Part shown: positions 39,198 through 52,049 of the stretch, piece by piece
Position numbering within the stretch: position 1 is the stretch's first letter
Layout of the letters: every line of letters begins with the position of its first letter
Origin: Eukaryota sp. GEM-RC1
Lineage: Eukaryota
Length of the DNA: 64,000 bases
Direction: 5' to 3'
Assembly (NCBI GenBank): GCA_040285855.1
Contig: JAUFOQ010000004.1
Location: forward strand, 806,001-870,000
The notes under the pieces: model-generated
Seen by the model: the letters and a program-made list of their open reading frames with translations, nothing else
Databases searched by the model: none
Told to the model about the DNA's origin: nothing
Made by a program: the position numbers and the translations under genes

Positions 39198-40936
39198 CTA
39201 AGTAGAAACATTTGGATAATAACTATCGTTAACACAACTTGCAGAATGCCCCTTCTTATCTGCTCGAGGGACAAATGGATCACGACAACACCACCAATAG
39301 TCATGCCCACAAGCCAAGCAATGCATATGAAGACATCCTCCATTTCTGATAGTGGGACAGATACAACGAGGGCACGGAGATGTATGCTTCTTAATGTAAT
39401 CCAGTGACTTATTGTTATTTCGAAATTCGGAACAGGTTTGACCAGAATGCCAAGGCACCCTATCACGAGCACACATATCATGTCGACAGTGATCGCATCT
39501 GACCTTACGGTCACTGGAACTGTTCATGAAGAACCCATTTCCACAATCCTTATGAGCACACCATCGGAAAGTTGGTTGGGAATTGAGAAATTGTATTGCC
39601 AACCCCTTTTCGAAATCTTGGTAAATGGCAAACGAAGAAGCAAATCTTTGAACATCGTTGGAGTGGAGAATCTCGTCACAATTGGCATGAGGACATTTAA
39701 TAGGTTCAATTGCATTAAGAACAATAACTTTCTCATCAATCCATCGTGCAATACAACTGTTGCAGACCAATCTAGAGTGCTTACATTTAGAAGTAATTGG
39801 GGTAGAACATTCGCCATGAGTCATACTTTCACAACAAACAGAGCATTCAGTTTCTGAATCAACTGAGTTATGGTCACCCTTTTCAGTGAACTTGGGAATA
39901 ACCAAATACTGCTTGGCACCAATTCTTAACGTAGACTTGTTAACAATTCGAAGAGCTTCAGTTTCAGTTGCCAGTTTGATGTTAGCCACATGAAAACCTT
40001 TGAAGAATATCCCAGAAAAGAGGTAACTCTGAAATTTTGTTTTCGGAGATGCTCAAAGATTTCAATTACTTCAGCTCCTGAAGTTAGAGGGAACACTGAG
40101 ATGAATGTCCGCTTAATGTCTTCAACAGGACCAAAATCGGAATTCACAGGTTTGATACCACGGGTTTTGTCACAAATAACATGAGGACTCTTATTTAGAC
40201 ATTTAAAGACTTCTTCTTCTGTGATGGGCGGCTTTCCTTGACTGTGTTCACGCTCTTTATAGGCTTTCATTCTAGGTCTGTTCAAGATGGTGTTGTAGGG
40301 GACGAAACCTCTGTTCGAGGCAGCTTCTTGCTGTAGTTGAGGGTATAAAGGATAATAAGCGTCAGTAAAGTAGAAGCCAACTTGACCAGCAATGTATTCC
40401 GATCGGCGAGAGTTGCCATACAAATGATCAGACATTGTGTACGTGGAGAAAGGAGCAGCAAGATCTAAAACATTGCATTTTCCGGTTTTAGATCGGTGAT
40501 AAAACGGATTGAAAGTGAGATGGGATCCCCGGTAGAATTTAAGTTCAGTAATAGTATGAGGAAGCTCAATGGAAGTGGAAAGAACAGCAGCGTTTCGAGA
40601 TATCGTTGCACTAACCCGACGGCCAGACTGTGGTATAGCAACAACAGTAACTTCTTCAGATCCTTTAGCCCAATCAGGAGGACAAAAGATGCGAATCGAA
40701 GTAGGTGCGTTGGTGTTACGATCTTGCTGTGGACTAATTGCACTGTCGGAGGAGTGACGGAAAGGACATGATGCTCCACTTCTACATGAACTATCGAACC
40801 TGCAGATGTTGCTTGTCAATTCATGTCGTTTTACATGAGCAAATTTGCACTATGATAAGAAAACAACGGCGATACATACACTTGACCCCTTATTGCAGTG
40901 ATCATCCAGGTAGTGGGTACAAAGACGAGTTGGCAT
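39198..40936 (-). CDS. 2xCCCH-La motif-RRM-RBR E3 ubiquitin ligase, copy 3
   Basis: Exon 1 MPTRLCTHYLDDHCNKGSS plus CKFAH, second finger CRFDSSCRSGASCPFRH. One T is missing from a run at about 40018, joining the 39926-40819 and 39198-39989 ORFs. Confidence 0.88.
40850..40879 (-). other. 30-nt GT-AG intron
   Basis: GTATGTATCG...TTATCATAG; splicing creates a canonical C-x7-C-x5-C-x3-H finger. Confidence 0.9.
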
Positions 40937-43175
40937 TGAGAAGAAAATTTGAACAATTCAGTTTGACAAATTTTAAACATGCTTCACGAAGAAAAACCTG
41001 TTCTTAAATGAACAGAAACTACATGTACAATTGTTGAACAAGGACTACAAACTTCGTTTACAGGAGTAACCTAGCATCAAACTAACATTTGGTTGTTGTA
41101 GGACATTTTGTGAAGAGATCCCCGAATCCGATTGATCTAGGCATTCCCACAATCAAACACAATTGGGAACGTTGTACAAAACCGAAAAGTATAAATGTTC
41201 AAATTCTCCGTTACTTTGAGAAACTTGAAGAGAAATGGTTAACAGGCGACAGCTTATGAATTTTTTGCTCAATATAGATAAAACAACTTCGTACACGCAC
41301 AGCTGGTGTGTATTTGTCAAAATACAGTGTTATGATTACAGTTTCTCTTAAAATGAAGATGGTCTCTTTATTGTACTCTTCAGAATCGCATGTATTAAAT
41401 AACACTTCAGAAAAAGTCTTTTTTGTCTTTAATAAAGATAGAATTGTAATTTGTATTCCTTTTATTACATTACTAAAAATACAAGGATACATATAAATAT
41501 TCCAGGTCACTTCCTTATGATAAGTTTTTACATTGAAATGCACCCCATCTTTGTACTTTCAAGTAAAGTACTACTTTGATTGATTTAATTGCTAGAATCC
41601 CATTAACATCCGTTTTGAAATCACACTGACACTGAGTCAACACTGGATATGTTGTTCTTCGAAATGTAATTAAGATGGACGTATCATGAAATCACATTTG
41701 TTGTTGCAGTATAATTGCATTGACTTAGAGAAATGACAGAGCTGATGGAAAACAAACAACTGTCATTCAAATGACTTGTGAGGAAGGATCTCACGAGGTT
41801 CAGGTTGAACTTTACACATACTATACCTACATGGAGTTTGTTGTCCTGTTCAACAGTGTTAATTCATTTAGCGTGTGAGTAACACCAAGTTAAGGCTTGA
41901 CAACGATTTGTTTGAACTATTTCCATTCTGTGACTTTTTCCATGCCCTCTTCTTTTCTACCCAAGAATTAATTTCGTTTGCTAATCTTTCAGTAGGAACT
42001 ATGAGAAGATGAAAGGACCTTACTCATGGAATTCTCCCCTTCCACACCTGAAGCAATTCTCACCTTTTTCTATTGTCCTCCACCTCAAACTGATCCTATT
42101 TTTGGACATTTCCTTTCTCTCATTTTCGTCCACTCATGGATCGAACTCCCTTAGAGATGGCCATCGACGACCTCTGGTGTTACTTCCTTTGCCGTTCTCG
42201 ACCTGATCCAGCCAAAGTGACCATACTCTGCTTAAATATCAAACAGTTGTCTGACACAGACTCCGTCGCATATGCCCGATTCATCCAGTACGTTAGCTGT
42301 GTTTGTGGTAATTCTTCATACAAGGCTTGCATTCTTAAAGACATTCGCCACATCATGAGTCTATGAGCAGTCCTTATGATTGACGTCGCTGGTCAATGAC
42401 TTGGCATTCTCATTTTGACATTATATCAGTTGGATACTGACTATGATGTCGTTAGAGGTGATGATTCCGTCCGTAGGATGATGTGATCTCAGTATGTTAG
42501 TTCCTTAGTTTTTTTCTGTACATTTCGTTTCTTTGAGTTGGTTGAGCTGATGAATGTTTTCATAAACTATATTCTTAATGTTCTTGTGAGATTGGTGGGC
42601 TGTGATATAACGCAACACGAAGAACGTTCAAAGTAATGACGTGTCATTACGTGTCAATTTTCATTTCCGTTTTGAAAAACACGTGCCTGTCTTAGCTGAT
42701 CCACCTTGCGACAGCCCTTGTGTATTGGAAGAAGAGGCATCCGTGATAATCCAAAGAAGTAGAATAACAGATGACATACAATTCATGTACTGTAGGTCGT
42801 TTGTTGGGAGATGATGGAGTATATTGACAGAGAAATTGAAATGAAAATAAGAATAGTTGGTTCAATCATCTGAGTTTGATTTAGAAACACTGTATCACAG
42901 TTTCGTGAATCTAACACAGTTTGCCCATCAACAAACAAAATTTGGCTACAATCGATAAGGACAATTGCAAATTTGTACATCAACTTAAAATGTATTATTT
43001 CTAAACAAGATGTGAGACGAGACCAGGCATAAGAACAGATAAACCTGTGTACGTGTGTTTGAAGGTACTGAATTTTACTAAGATTCTTCTCTACCGATAG
43101 AGTATGCTTGTACCACTAACTTTATGAGTGATCTTTCCTATGACAGATCGCCCGTTTTGATCCAGATTCAAATGT

Positions 43176-43207
43176 GTAAGCTTTTGGTCTAATCGAATTT
43201 CTATTAG
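43176..43207 (+). other. Probable 32-nt GT-AG intron
   Basis: GTAAGC...CTAAT...TTCTATTAG lies directly upstream of the DHHC-like reading frame. Confidence 0.5.
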
Positions 43208-43621
43208 GTTTAACAGAAACATTCCCAAACATTCATGCTGTTTCAATGTCAAAATTGTTCGTTGGACCAGATTTATTTGGGTTTTCCATTTTGTTTTTCA
43301 ATTTTCGTGTTTTTGTAGTCTTTTTTATTTTTTAATTTCTTCATGGGATTCATGTTAGCCATGGTTGCCGGATTGTTCCTTTTCCACGTATTTCTTGCCT
43401 TTTCTAATCAGACTTCTTGGGAATTCTTTAAAAGAAATAGAATAACCTATTTAAGAGAACTTCCGTCATCAATTAGACCTTTTGATAAGGGAATATTCAA
43501 AAATTTTGTAGAATTCATCATGCTAGCATTCAACAACAAAACATATTGGCTAACAAACTATGGTGACCTCAAAAAAGGCAATCAACGATCTTCAATGATA
43601 GGTTTCTTTTGGAAGAAGTAA
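43208..43621 (+). pseudogene. 3' part of a DHHC palmitoyltransferase-like gene (catalytic DHHC-CRD not seen)
   Basis: TM helix, then FHVFLAFSNQTSWE and RPFDKG.FKNF, the typical TTxE and PaCCT-like motifs of DHHC enzymes. The upstream region lacks a recognisable DHHC domain. Confidence 0.65.
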
Positions 43622-43642
43622 GTATCAATCAATCAAAACTGA

Positions 43643-44311
43643 TTACGATCTCACAGTTTTTTTCAATGAACTTGCCTTTTTCAGTGCAGATAGCCCTGGT
43701 CTTCTTGTCTTTCCTAGACCTTCTTCTTCTTCAAAACTGATCTCTGGAACTTCTTCTGAGGGTTGTTGCTCTTGAAGTCTTTGGTTTTCATTCATTAATA
43801 TTTTAATTTTTTCTTTCTTCTCATTAAGTAATAAACAAAACTTCCTATACATTTCGTCTTCAAAATCTTTCATTTCATTTGAGATTTTCTCCTTAGTTTG
43901 TTTCATGGAAACAACATCACTTTGGATAGCTGTGAGTTGCTCATTCTTAGAGGACAGGTCTGCTTCAACATCAAGAAGTTGAGATGAACAAGACTTGAAC
44001 ATAGAAAAGAGAGATGAAAATGGAGATTCAGAACTTTTAGAAAGAGATAGGTCGATCTTACACCATAGAGTATTCACAAGGAAGTGGTAAGAAAGGGAGA
44101 CCGATGACTTAGATTGGGAAAGAGAGATGTAGGCGGTATCAGAAGGACGAATGAGTAGTTTACAGAGACCTTTGAAGAGATGATCTTGAAGAACACCAGA
44201 ATATTCATAACAACCAAAAGATGAAACAAGAACAATAGAACAGCTTGTGGGATCACCAAGGATATTTAGAGCCAGCTCGATATCGTCAGCAGTGGAGATG
44301 GTACCAAACAT
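43643..44311 (-). CDS. XRCC4: XRCC4-like NHEJ protein, 222 aa
   Basis: Beta-rich head plus coiled coil containing EDEMYRKFCLLLNEKKEKIKIL, which matches the XRCC4 ligase IV-binding segment (LYKRFILVLNEKK.KI). Confidence 0.75.
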   Translation of the reverse strand: MFGTISTADDIELALNILGDPTSCSIVLVSSFGCYEYSGVLQDHLFKGLCKLLIRPSDTAYISLSQSKSSVSLSYHFLVNTLWCKIDLSLSKSSESPFSSLFSMFKSCSSQLLDVEADLSSKNEQLTAIQSDVVSMKQTKEKISNEMKDFEDEMYRKFCLLLNEKKEKIKILMNENQRLQEQQPSEEVPEISFEEEEGLGKTRRPGLSALKKASSLKKTVRS

Positions 44312-44918
44312 TTTACATCCCTAACAGTTTCTCCCCCTAAAGCTAGAACACAAACTCACATTGGCTAGATCAAACCTAAAGTGTCCATCGTCCCTGATTC
44401 TCTATCCATGTATGAGACTTCTTGAGTTGCATTGGTTTCTCTCTTGGTGACGTTACGAGATCCAATCATTCATATGATTCCAGACATCATTTTAAGAATC
44501 GGAAGAAAGATCTCTGATATCCTAAGGACATCTATTAAGTGATGAGAGATATCTACTAGGTTTCTATAAAAATGATGTTCTACTCTACCTTCCACTTTTT
44601 TAATTCATTGTGTAGCACTTCTAAAGAGTAATTCTCTAGAAGCTTTGTTTATCGCCATATTCAATTGGTCAGGGAGATTGATTAAGTAAATTACCAATGA
44701 CCATCCACTTAACCAACCAATGCCACTGATATTACAAATATATTCTCTTGATGATTGTGGCAGTAAACTGTTCTAACATTTTGATTTTGTTAGACTTTTT
44801 CTCACGAATTTTCATCATTGGAACTAAAACAATGTCTGATTTAGGAGTGAGTCCCTTCTTTTTTATTCTTTAGTTGATGTGTTAATGCTTCCCAGAAGAA
44901 CCTGAATTCTCTGTTAGT

Positions 44919-45580
44919 TTAGTCATCACCCACCCCTGGTAGAAATGACGTGATAGGTGAGAGTCTATTACGCTTCATGAGTATGGGAGCTATTGCTTCC
45001 CAGTAGAACAGCAACCTTAGACCTCTTGTGAATATAAAAGAGCCCTTCTCGCTACTCAGGAGCAAAGACCGAATGGAGAGGATCTCAAGCCACTGTGAGT
45101 AGGCAGCAGGTCCACCAAGACAGTTGACAAATTCTTCTAGAAGTCTTTGGTGGTTTGTCTCCACCCACTGATGAATGGATGGATGCCCACACAGGCTTTT
45201 GAGTATGCCTTCGGTGCAGGACATCCTCGTAACTGAGCCATGGTGTGGAACCAATTGACCACACCACTAGGCTGTTGGTGAGAATCTGGCGATGATATTT
45301 GGGCCAATTGTTTCGCCCGAGCTGATACCAACTGAGAATCAACATGGCTAGCTAGCACTCCATATGGCCAAGCAGATTTCACTTGCCAGAAGGCGGTAAA
45401 GACTTCAGGATGCCGGTTTGGCTTGTCCTGGAACTGGGCCCTAGACCTGGGATTGGTCTTCAGCACGAAATCAAATGCTGCAACCCAGAAGTCATGGGTT
45501 GTAGCCCAGCTGCCCAATTCGTGGAATTGGTGAAGAAACTTACGGACAAAGAGAGACGTTCAGTAAGCTGCCTTTGTTAA
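44919..45580 (-). mobile_element. Decayed, GC-richer non-LTR (RLE-type) retrotransposon fragment
   Basis: AAYSQWLEILSIR..F..GLRL resembles the post-RT segment of RLE elements; multiple frameshifts. Confidence 0.35.
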
Positions 45581-46426
45581 GAAGGCAATGTCTTCCACAA
45601 TTGAAGCTACACGTTTCTACTGCAGAAACGAGATCACGACATTGGCAATCAATCAATGAATAGTATTTACTTTCCAGGTAACTTCTTCAACACGTGGAGT
45701 TTTTACTACATACATCATTAAAAGGTTTTATTTCCGAGTATTTATTTGTTAGATATTTAACCAGACTACTGTAAACTTTAATCGAGGAAGTAGATTGCTT
45801 TGTAAGTGGTTCGGCGTTTTCTCCAGTGAGTCGTTAGATATGATTCTAGATCATCCTCCAATACTCTGTTTTGGAAAGAACGGAGCATAGTTGTATTGGT
45901 CTGGATTGAAAATGCGGGATGTAGTGTCCCTCCATAGTCCATCTATTGACTGAGTAGCATTGGTCGCACAGCTTGCAATGTATGAGGGCACGTGTTTTTC
46001 CCAACACCTCTACAACTTCACATACTGACTTTTATTCTTCGGAAGGAAGGAATGTCATGGAAATATATTTTGAATTTTTAGGAGAGAATGTATTGGCTCC
46101 AACTTTAATGTCCCTAAAGTAACTATATTTGTAAAGTAAAGTAGAGCTTGAACTATTCTGAATTCTGAATTTTCGACTACAGTGAAGCCTGCTGTAAAGA
46201 ATTTAGTGAAACAGATGTATATTCATGCTTCAATCTGGTCATTGAACATGAACGTGTTCAGTACAGTCGGTGAATAACAATTAGAAACCAAATTGGTGAT
46301 TACATAAAAATGATCTTAATGAAGAGTATGGGCTCAGAATTGATTGACCGAATTCACGTACTGATGATGTCAATGTGTTCTTGAACATATTTTTTGTTTT
46401 TTTTACAAATTATTGTTTATTGTACA

Positions 46427-47494
46427 GTTAAAAGAGTTTATTTGCAACAATAAATTAATACATACTAATTCAGAAAATGAAAGAAGTTAAATTCTCCACA
46501 TCAACACGAGAATTGTCCCTATACAACTTCGAATAAATGGAACATAAATACTTGGGAATGCTTCTATAAAGAGCGAACATAATTCGATTAATCCATACAG
46601 CGCTATTAAACACCTTGCCATTAGAACGACATAAAGAACTAAAATCACTGAAAAACTTTGAACCGGCTGGACCAATATTACCAAAAATTGAAATGGCAAA
46701 TGGAACAAATGAAAACTTAGAATATAGATTTTCATTAAGCTTCTGCAAAGCATCCGCATAATTTGAACACTTTCGTTGTTCAGCCTTTTCCAGATGACCA
46801 TTCGAATCATTCAATATGGAGTCTTGGTAGACTTTTGCAAACGGGTTAACTGTAGTAAAATCAACCACAACTTGAGATGAATCCAGGAAAGGAGCAATGA
46901 AGTCACCACGTCGAAAATCAAACACGTTATTGTCACTATAATGTTTCAGAAGAGGTTCAATTTTACAACTATAATTGTAGGATTTGAACATTTCTTAAGT
47001 AACGTCACGAACAGCGTTATGTAGAACAGATCGAAATTGCAAAAATTTCTTGCAACTAACAACATGACGAAATGTGGCTGTAGATCGGTTATCGCAAACA
47101 CAGATTGAATTATTTAGCAAACCACTAGGGAATAAACCTAAACGAAGACGCATATTTTACTTCCAAGCATCATTGTTCAAATGTAAACCAAAAGGTCTAG
47201 GTTGTTGAGTGATGAAGCTAGAACATTGTTGAATGTCACATAAAAAAAGCTGCAAAGACGGGATTATCAATCTTAGTCACACTAAGTCTTTTACTAAAAT
47301 CCAAGTCTTCCAACCCAAGTAATGTAGCATTCTGTAACTTAACTACAGCAAGAGGTAGAAATTCAATTGACCGATCAGGAATAGATGAAACACTTTTCGG
47401 GAAACTTTTGTTCCAAACTTCAATAGGCAAACCTTGAACTAAGTCCTCCAAAGAGTTGAATAAAGCATAAGAGCAGTCTACAACTAAATACAAC
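46427..47494 (-). mobile_element. 5'-truncated CRE retrotransposon with candidate 11-bp TSD
   Basis: RLE motifs (RRGDF, DFTTV, EQRKCSNY, PFAISIFG); flanked by TTTATTGTACA at 46416-46426 and 47495-47505. Confidence 0.88.
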
Positions 47495-48516
47495 TTTATT
47501 GTACATATTTTAATTCTAATCGTTTATTATAAATGTAATAGATCAAACAACTAGAATTTAACATCATTAAACTTGTACATATTTGGAAAAGACAAAAATG
47601 TAATTTCAGCATTTTTGTATTTCTTTTGTACTCCATTTTCTGTACTAAAAACTAATGCTTAAATCTAAAAACGCATACAGTAGAATGGGTATTTAGAATG
47701 TGTGTCTGGGTTTTTCTGTTGAAACTGCTGGTGTGTCTGTATTATTTCTAACAGCTACATTCAGCATGCATGATGTATAAAGCCTGAAAATGGTGATGGT
47801 TTGTATACACAAGATTAACAAAACAGATTTAATCAATGCACACCAAACACGTTTAGTCAAATATAAACGTCAATTGTCAACGCTTTTCTCAGGTGTTTTC
47901 TGGATTCAACTACTGCACATGTACTCACCTTTGCAAGTATTACATTTTTGAAGATCTAATTGTTTGATTTCGTTTTCCCTTTCCTAAAGCATTTATGTTA
48001 ATTATTTTTGATACATGGCATGCATTACATGCTTTGAGTATAAAAAATAGAAATAGAAATTTGATTGTGCGGTGCAAACCACATGTTGATGTATTTTTAA
48101 TGACTTAAATTATGATAATGACATTCATTTCCTTAGGTCTATGATCAATATACATTATCATAAGTACAAAACTTCAACATTGTACAGGTTTTATGGTAAC
48201 TAACGTGTAAATTAAAGAATGATTGAAATTTTCCCCAGAATGTGAGACAAATATCAGATTATCTACGAAAAACCAACACACAATTTCCTGACTTTAGAAT
48301 TTTGATCATCTGTTCCAATCAACCCTCGTGTTTATTGGAGTCAAATATCACTAAGAGTTATACAGGAACTGTGATGCCACTGATCAGAATTTTTGACTCT
48401 GTTTCATGGATAGTTTTTTGATGTTAATAGATGGTGTTTCTTTACAGTTTTTGTCATTATCGTATAAAACTTGCAACATGATGAGTCCACATTCTACAGC
48501 ACTTCTTACTTGTAAG

Positions 48517-48800
48517 CATAGCTGGCCATGACGTTATGACATCATGACAATATTACGTCATGACACACTGTAATGACGTCATGACAAAATAGCAACAAAT
48601 CGTCCAACAAGATAGTATTTCAACAGTTTTGAATTATAGTTTATAGATAAAGCTGATAAAAAACATAGAGGAGTGGATAACCAATTGTCTTTGGAATATG
48701 ACTGTACTAAGCAGTATCTGTATTTTGTTAAACCTACGTATATTTGCCAACTATGGGTGTAATTATGTAATGAATGTCATGACACCATTACGTCATCACA
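48517..48800. repeat. TCATGAC/TGACGTCA-rich cluster, probably a decayed MITE
   Basis: Many palindromic GTCATGAC motifs and imperfect inverted ends CATAGCTGGC / GCCAACTATG (48755). The repeats continue past the right end and the TSD is poor. Confidence 0.4.
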
Positions 48801-48872
48801 GTGGGGTTGTTGGTATCATAAACAGCTACTAATATGTGAAAAACGAACAAAGTCTTCATTCAAACTCCTTCA

Positions 48873-50242
48873 ATGTCACTCACATCCACTTCACCCAACA
48901 CTCTCTCTACACTACAGTCCAACACTGATCTCCATGATCAAACCATTATCTTCAATGATGAGTCCTTCTCTGTCATTAAGTCAGTCCTTGCTTCCAACTC
49001 TCAGTACTTCTTCTCTCTTTGGTTTATGGAGTTTGGAGATCGCTTCGAGAACCCTTTGGACTTCTCTCATTTGCCCATATCATCCGAGTCTTTCTCCGCC
49101 TTCATCTCGTCCTTCTTTGGTCACTCCATTGACCTCACTTCCTCCAACGTCTATGACGTTTTCTACCTCGCCACTTATTTCCAATGTGATCATCTTAAAA
49201 CTACTCTTATGGAGATTCTTCCTTCCAAAATGACCAATTGGGACTGGTGCAACAAGTTCTTGACAAAGTGCATTGAACAAGAAGACTTGAGAGGATTAAA
49301 ATTTGTTGGAGATTTTCTTAACGAAATTGAAAATATTTGTCAAAAATCTGAATTTGTCTTCCCATTTGTCTTTCTCCAAAGCTTACTTCAATTTTGCACT
49401 TCTTCAAGTTCTTTCAAATGGTTTTTAAATTCACTTGTGGCTTCAGTTAAATCAGAAACTATAAATTCTGAAGAATTATCTAAAATTCTGACCCTTGTTG
49501 ACGTTAACCTGTTGACTTTTAAAGACTGGGATGAGCTGTTTTTAAATCCTCTTGAGAGTATTTCAAATTTGGAAGAAGTTTTGATGAAGTTTCACTTTAA
49601 GCAATTACGTCCGATATTTTTTGAGTCAATAATTTCTGAAAATTTGACCTTGAAAGAACAATTAGTTCAAGCAACTGAATTAATTAAGGAAAAGATGAGG
49701 AAATATTTAAATTGAAGGAAGTTGTTGAAAAACAAGAAGAATGTGCAAAACCTGATGAATCTTCAGTTTTGAGTTTTTCTTCTAGTCTTAAACATCAAAA
49801 TTTAAATATTTCAAATGAAGGAAAATCTGTTACTCAAAATGGCTCAGGCTGGTCCAATGTTCTTTCAGAAACTCCTCTTCTTACAGGAAATGTCTATAAA
49901 GTTAGGGCTAGGTATGTCAATCCAGCTTCTCAGACTAATGGTCTAATGATTGGAATTATTCCTAGAAAAGAGTTTGATAGGAGCGCGCCACATACTGCAA
50001 TTTCAAATGAATATTGCTTTTGTAATTGGTACAGTACCTTCCGTAATTGTCCATCTAATGGTGCTTGGACCTCAAATGAAATTATTGAAATCACAATTAA
50101 TCTTGTGAATAATTCAATAACTGTTACAAAAGAGTCAGACCCTGGATTTAATTGTACAAAAAAAATTCGCTCTTTAGATAATGATAACTACCATCTTGTT
50201 GGGTGTTTGTTTTATCAAAATTCTGTTCTTGAATTGTTGTAG
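48873..50242 (+). CDS. BTB - coiled coil - SPRY-like protein, copy D (only copy whose ATG is in frame with the BTB)
   Basis: MSLTSTSPNTLSTLQSNTDLHDQTIIF... is continuous; a one-base A-run shortfall at about 49692 splits off the SPRY part. Confidence 0.88.
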
Positions 50243-50848
50243 TTTTATCGCAAAATAAATTTTTCTTAACATTATATGATCTTGACTTTTTTCTCTTTTT
50301 TTGGTATGAAAACAGTGTTTTCTTCGGTCCGCGAGTTTTGATAGAAGTAAAGACCCCTCATTGGAAATTGATGAATGTGAGCATGAATAATGAACACAAT
50401 TTAGGTTTATTTAAATTTAATGAATTTACGAGTTATTTGCGATAGTCAAGCAAAGTGTTGATACAACTTGACCAAGCCGTTTGAAAGCTCCAATTATTAT
50501 CAACATATTTATTTATTTCTTTTACAATTGGAATTGCACAGAAAGTAACTGGAATTCACTTGATATAGCCGTGTCTCTTCCGTTTTAATCAAACAGTCGT
50601 CATGGCTAGATTATCTCGATAATGAAAATGGGCATACAATGTAAGTGGTAATTGTCTGACCAATGGCTGTCGTATTTGGGGATTGATCCACATTGATAGT
50701 TACGTTCAGTTTTTGCAAAAACCTGTATCTGCTTGATGTTGGTCCTGTTCACTCAGCAGTACTACATGTAGTCATTGCCTAGTAAAAAATATTTGTATTT
50801 AAATATTTGAAATAAATATAGTGGAAATATATATTTTCACCAGAAGAC

Positions 50849-52041
50849 CAGGGATACCGAAAAATATATTGCAATTATATTGCAAGAATATTTAATTGCA
50901 ATAAATATATTGCGTTTTGGCAATATTGCAATAAATATATTGCAGATTCAGAAACTTGAAATAAATATGGCAATATATTGCAATATTGCACATAGCTAAA
51001 AACTCAAAATTCTTCCCAAATTCAGCTGCTACATTTAGTTTTGACAGCTTCCGCTGTTTGTGTGTTAGTGAACACCACATTTCTTGGTGTTTTCACACCA
51101 CTTCTCATCCTACATACATCATGAACTCCCCATATAACATACTGTTGGTCTCGATGTTGGTTTTAGGACTTTTGGTCAATTCATCAAGAGATATGATCTA
51201 CAGAGCAGTCCGCACTTAATGTATCCACCCGTGTTCCGCTGATGTACATATTTTTTCTATGATTCAAACTCAAAGAAGCCACATATCAGTTGAATCTTGA
51301 TGATGTACTATTGCTTATGCTTCTCAAGTTCATCATTTCTAAATAGTAGCTCATATAAACTAAGATGTAGCTGTTTTATCAGTTCAATACGACTTAATGT
51401 CAACAGTCTACAGGTCAGATACATACAGAACTTGTCAAACAATTACCAAATGAAGTTACTTCTACCCTTGATTATAAAGATGGGCTTACAACCATATAGT
51501 AAGAACTTTTCTGTCGTTTGAATTCGATTTTATCAACAAGTCAGTTTATAACGGCTCAGAAGTTGATTTTCTAGTGAAGGAACATACAGTAGATGAACAA
51601 CAAAAATAATTTTTTGAAAAGGAAACATTGTAAGGAATTACACTTGGGTGAGGGAGTAGACATATGAAAGTGCTTAAATTCAACTCATAGATGACACTTA
51701 TGTCATGTTGAAACAGTTTGTTTGGATTTAGTCTTAGTATTGTTTGTTGCTTTTTTCAATTTCATAGTTTGGTAGGATGGTTACCTTAGTGGGTACCGAA
51801 TAGAGTAAGTTTTGAAATAATTCAGTGTAGTTACAACAACTGTAGGCTGTTGGCTATTGAATCAATGTCTCCACGAACTTTCAAAGTTGTTTGAAAATGA
51901 CGACATAAGTATTGCAATATATTGCAATACATTGGAATATATTGCAACATTCTCATAATTGCAATAAATATATTGGTACAAAGAACCGTGAACAATAAAT
52001 ATATATTGCAATATATTGCAATATATTTTTCGGTATCCCTG
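50849..52041. mobile_element. Non-autonomous hAT element with ATATTGCA subterminal repeats
   Basis: 27-bp TIR CAGGGATACCGAAAAATATATTGCAAT and perfect 8-bp TSD CAGAAGAC (50841-48 and 52042-49). Confidence 0.95.
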
Positions 52042-52049
52042 CAGAAGAC

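Noticed and set aside
31478..40771. Plus-strand ORFs overlapping the RBR genes (also those over CDC48, PMM and NmrA)
   Set aside because: Antisense or alternate-frame shadows of well-supported genes, with no motifs of their own.
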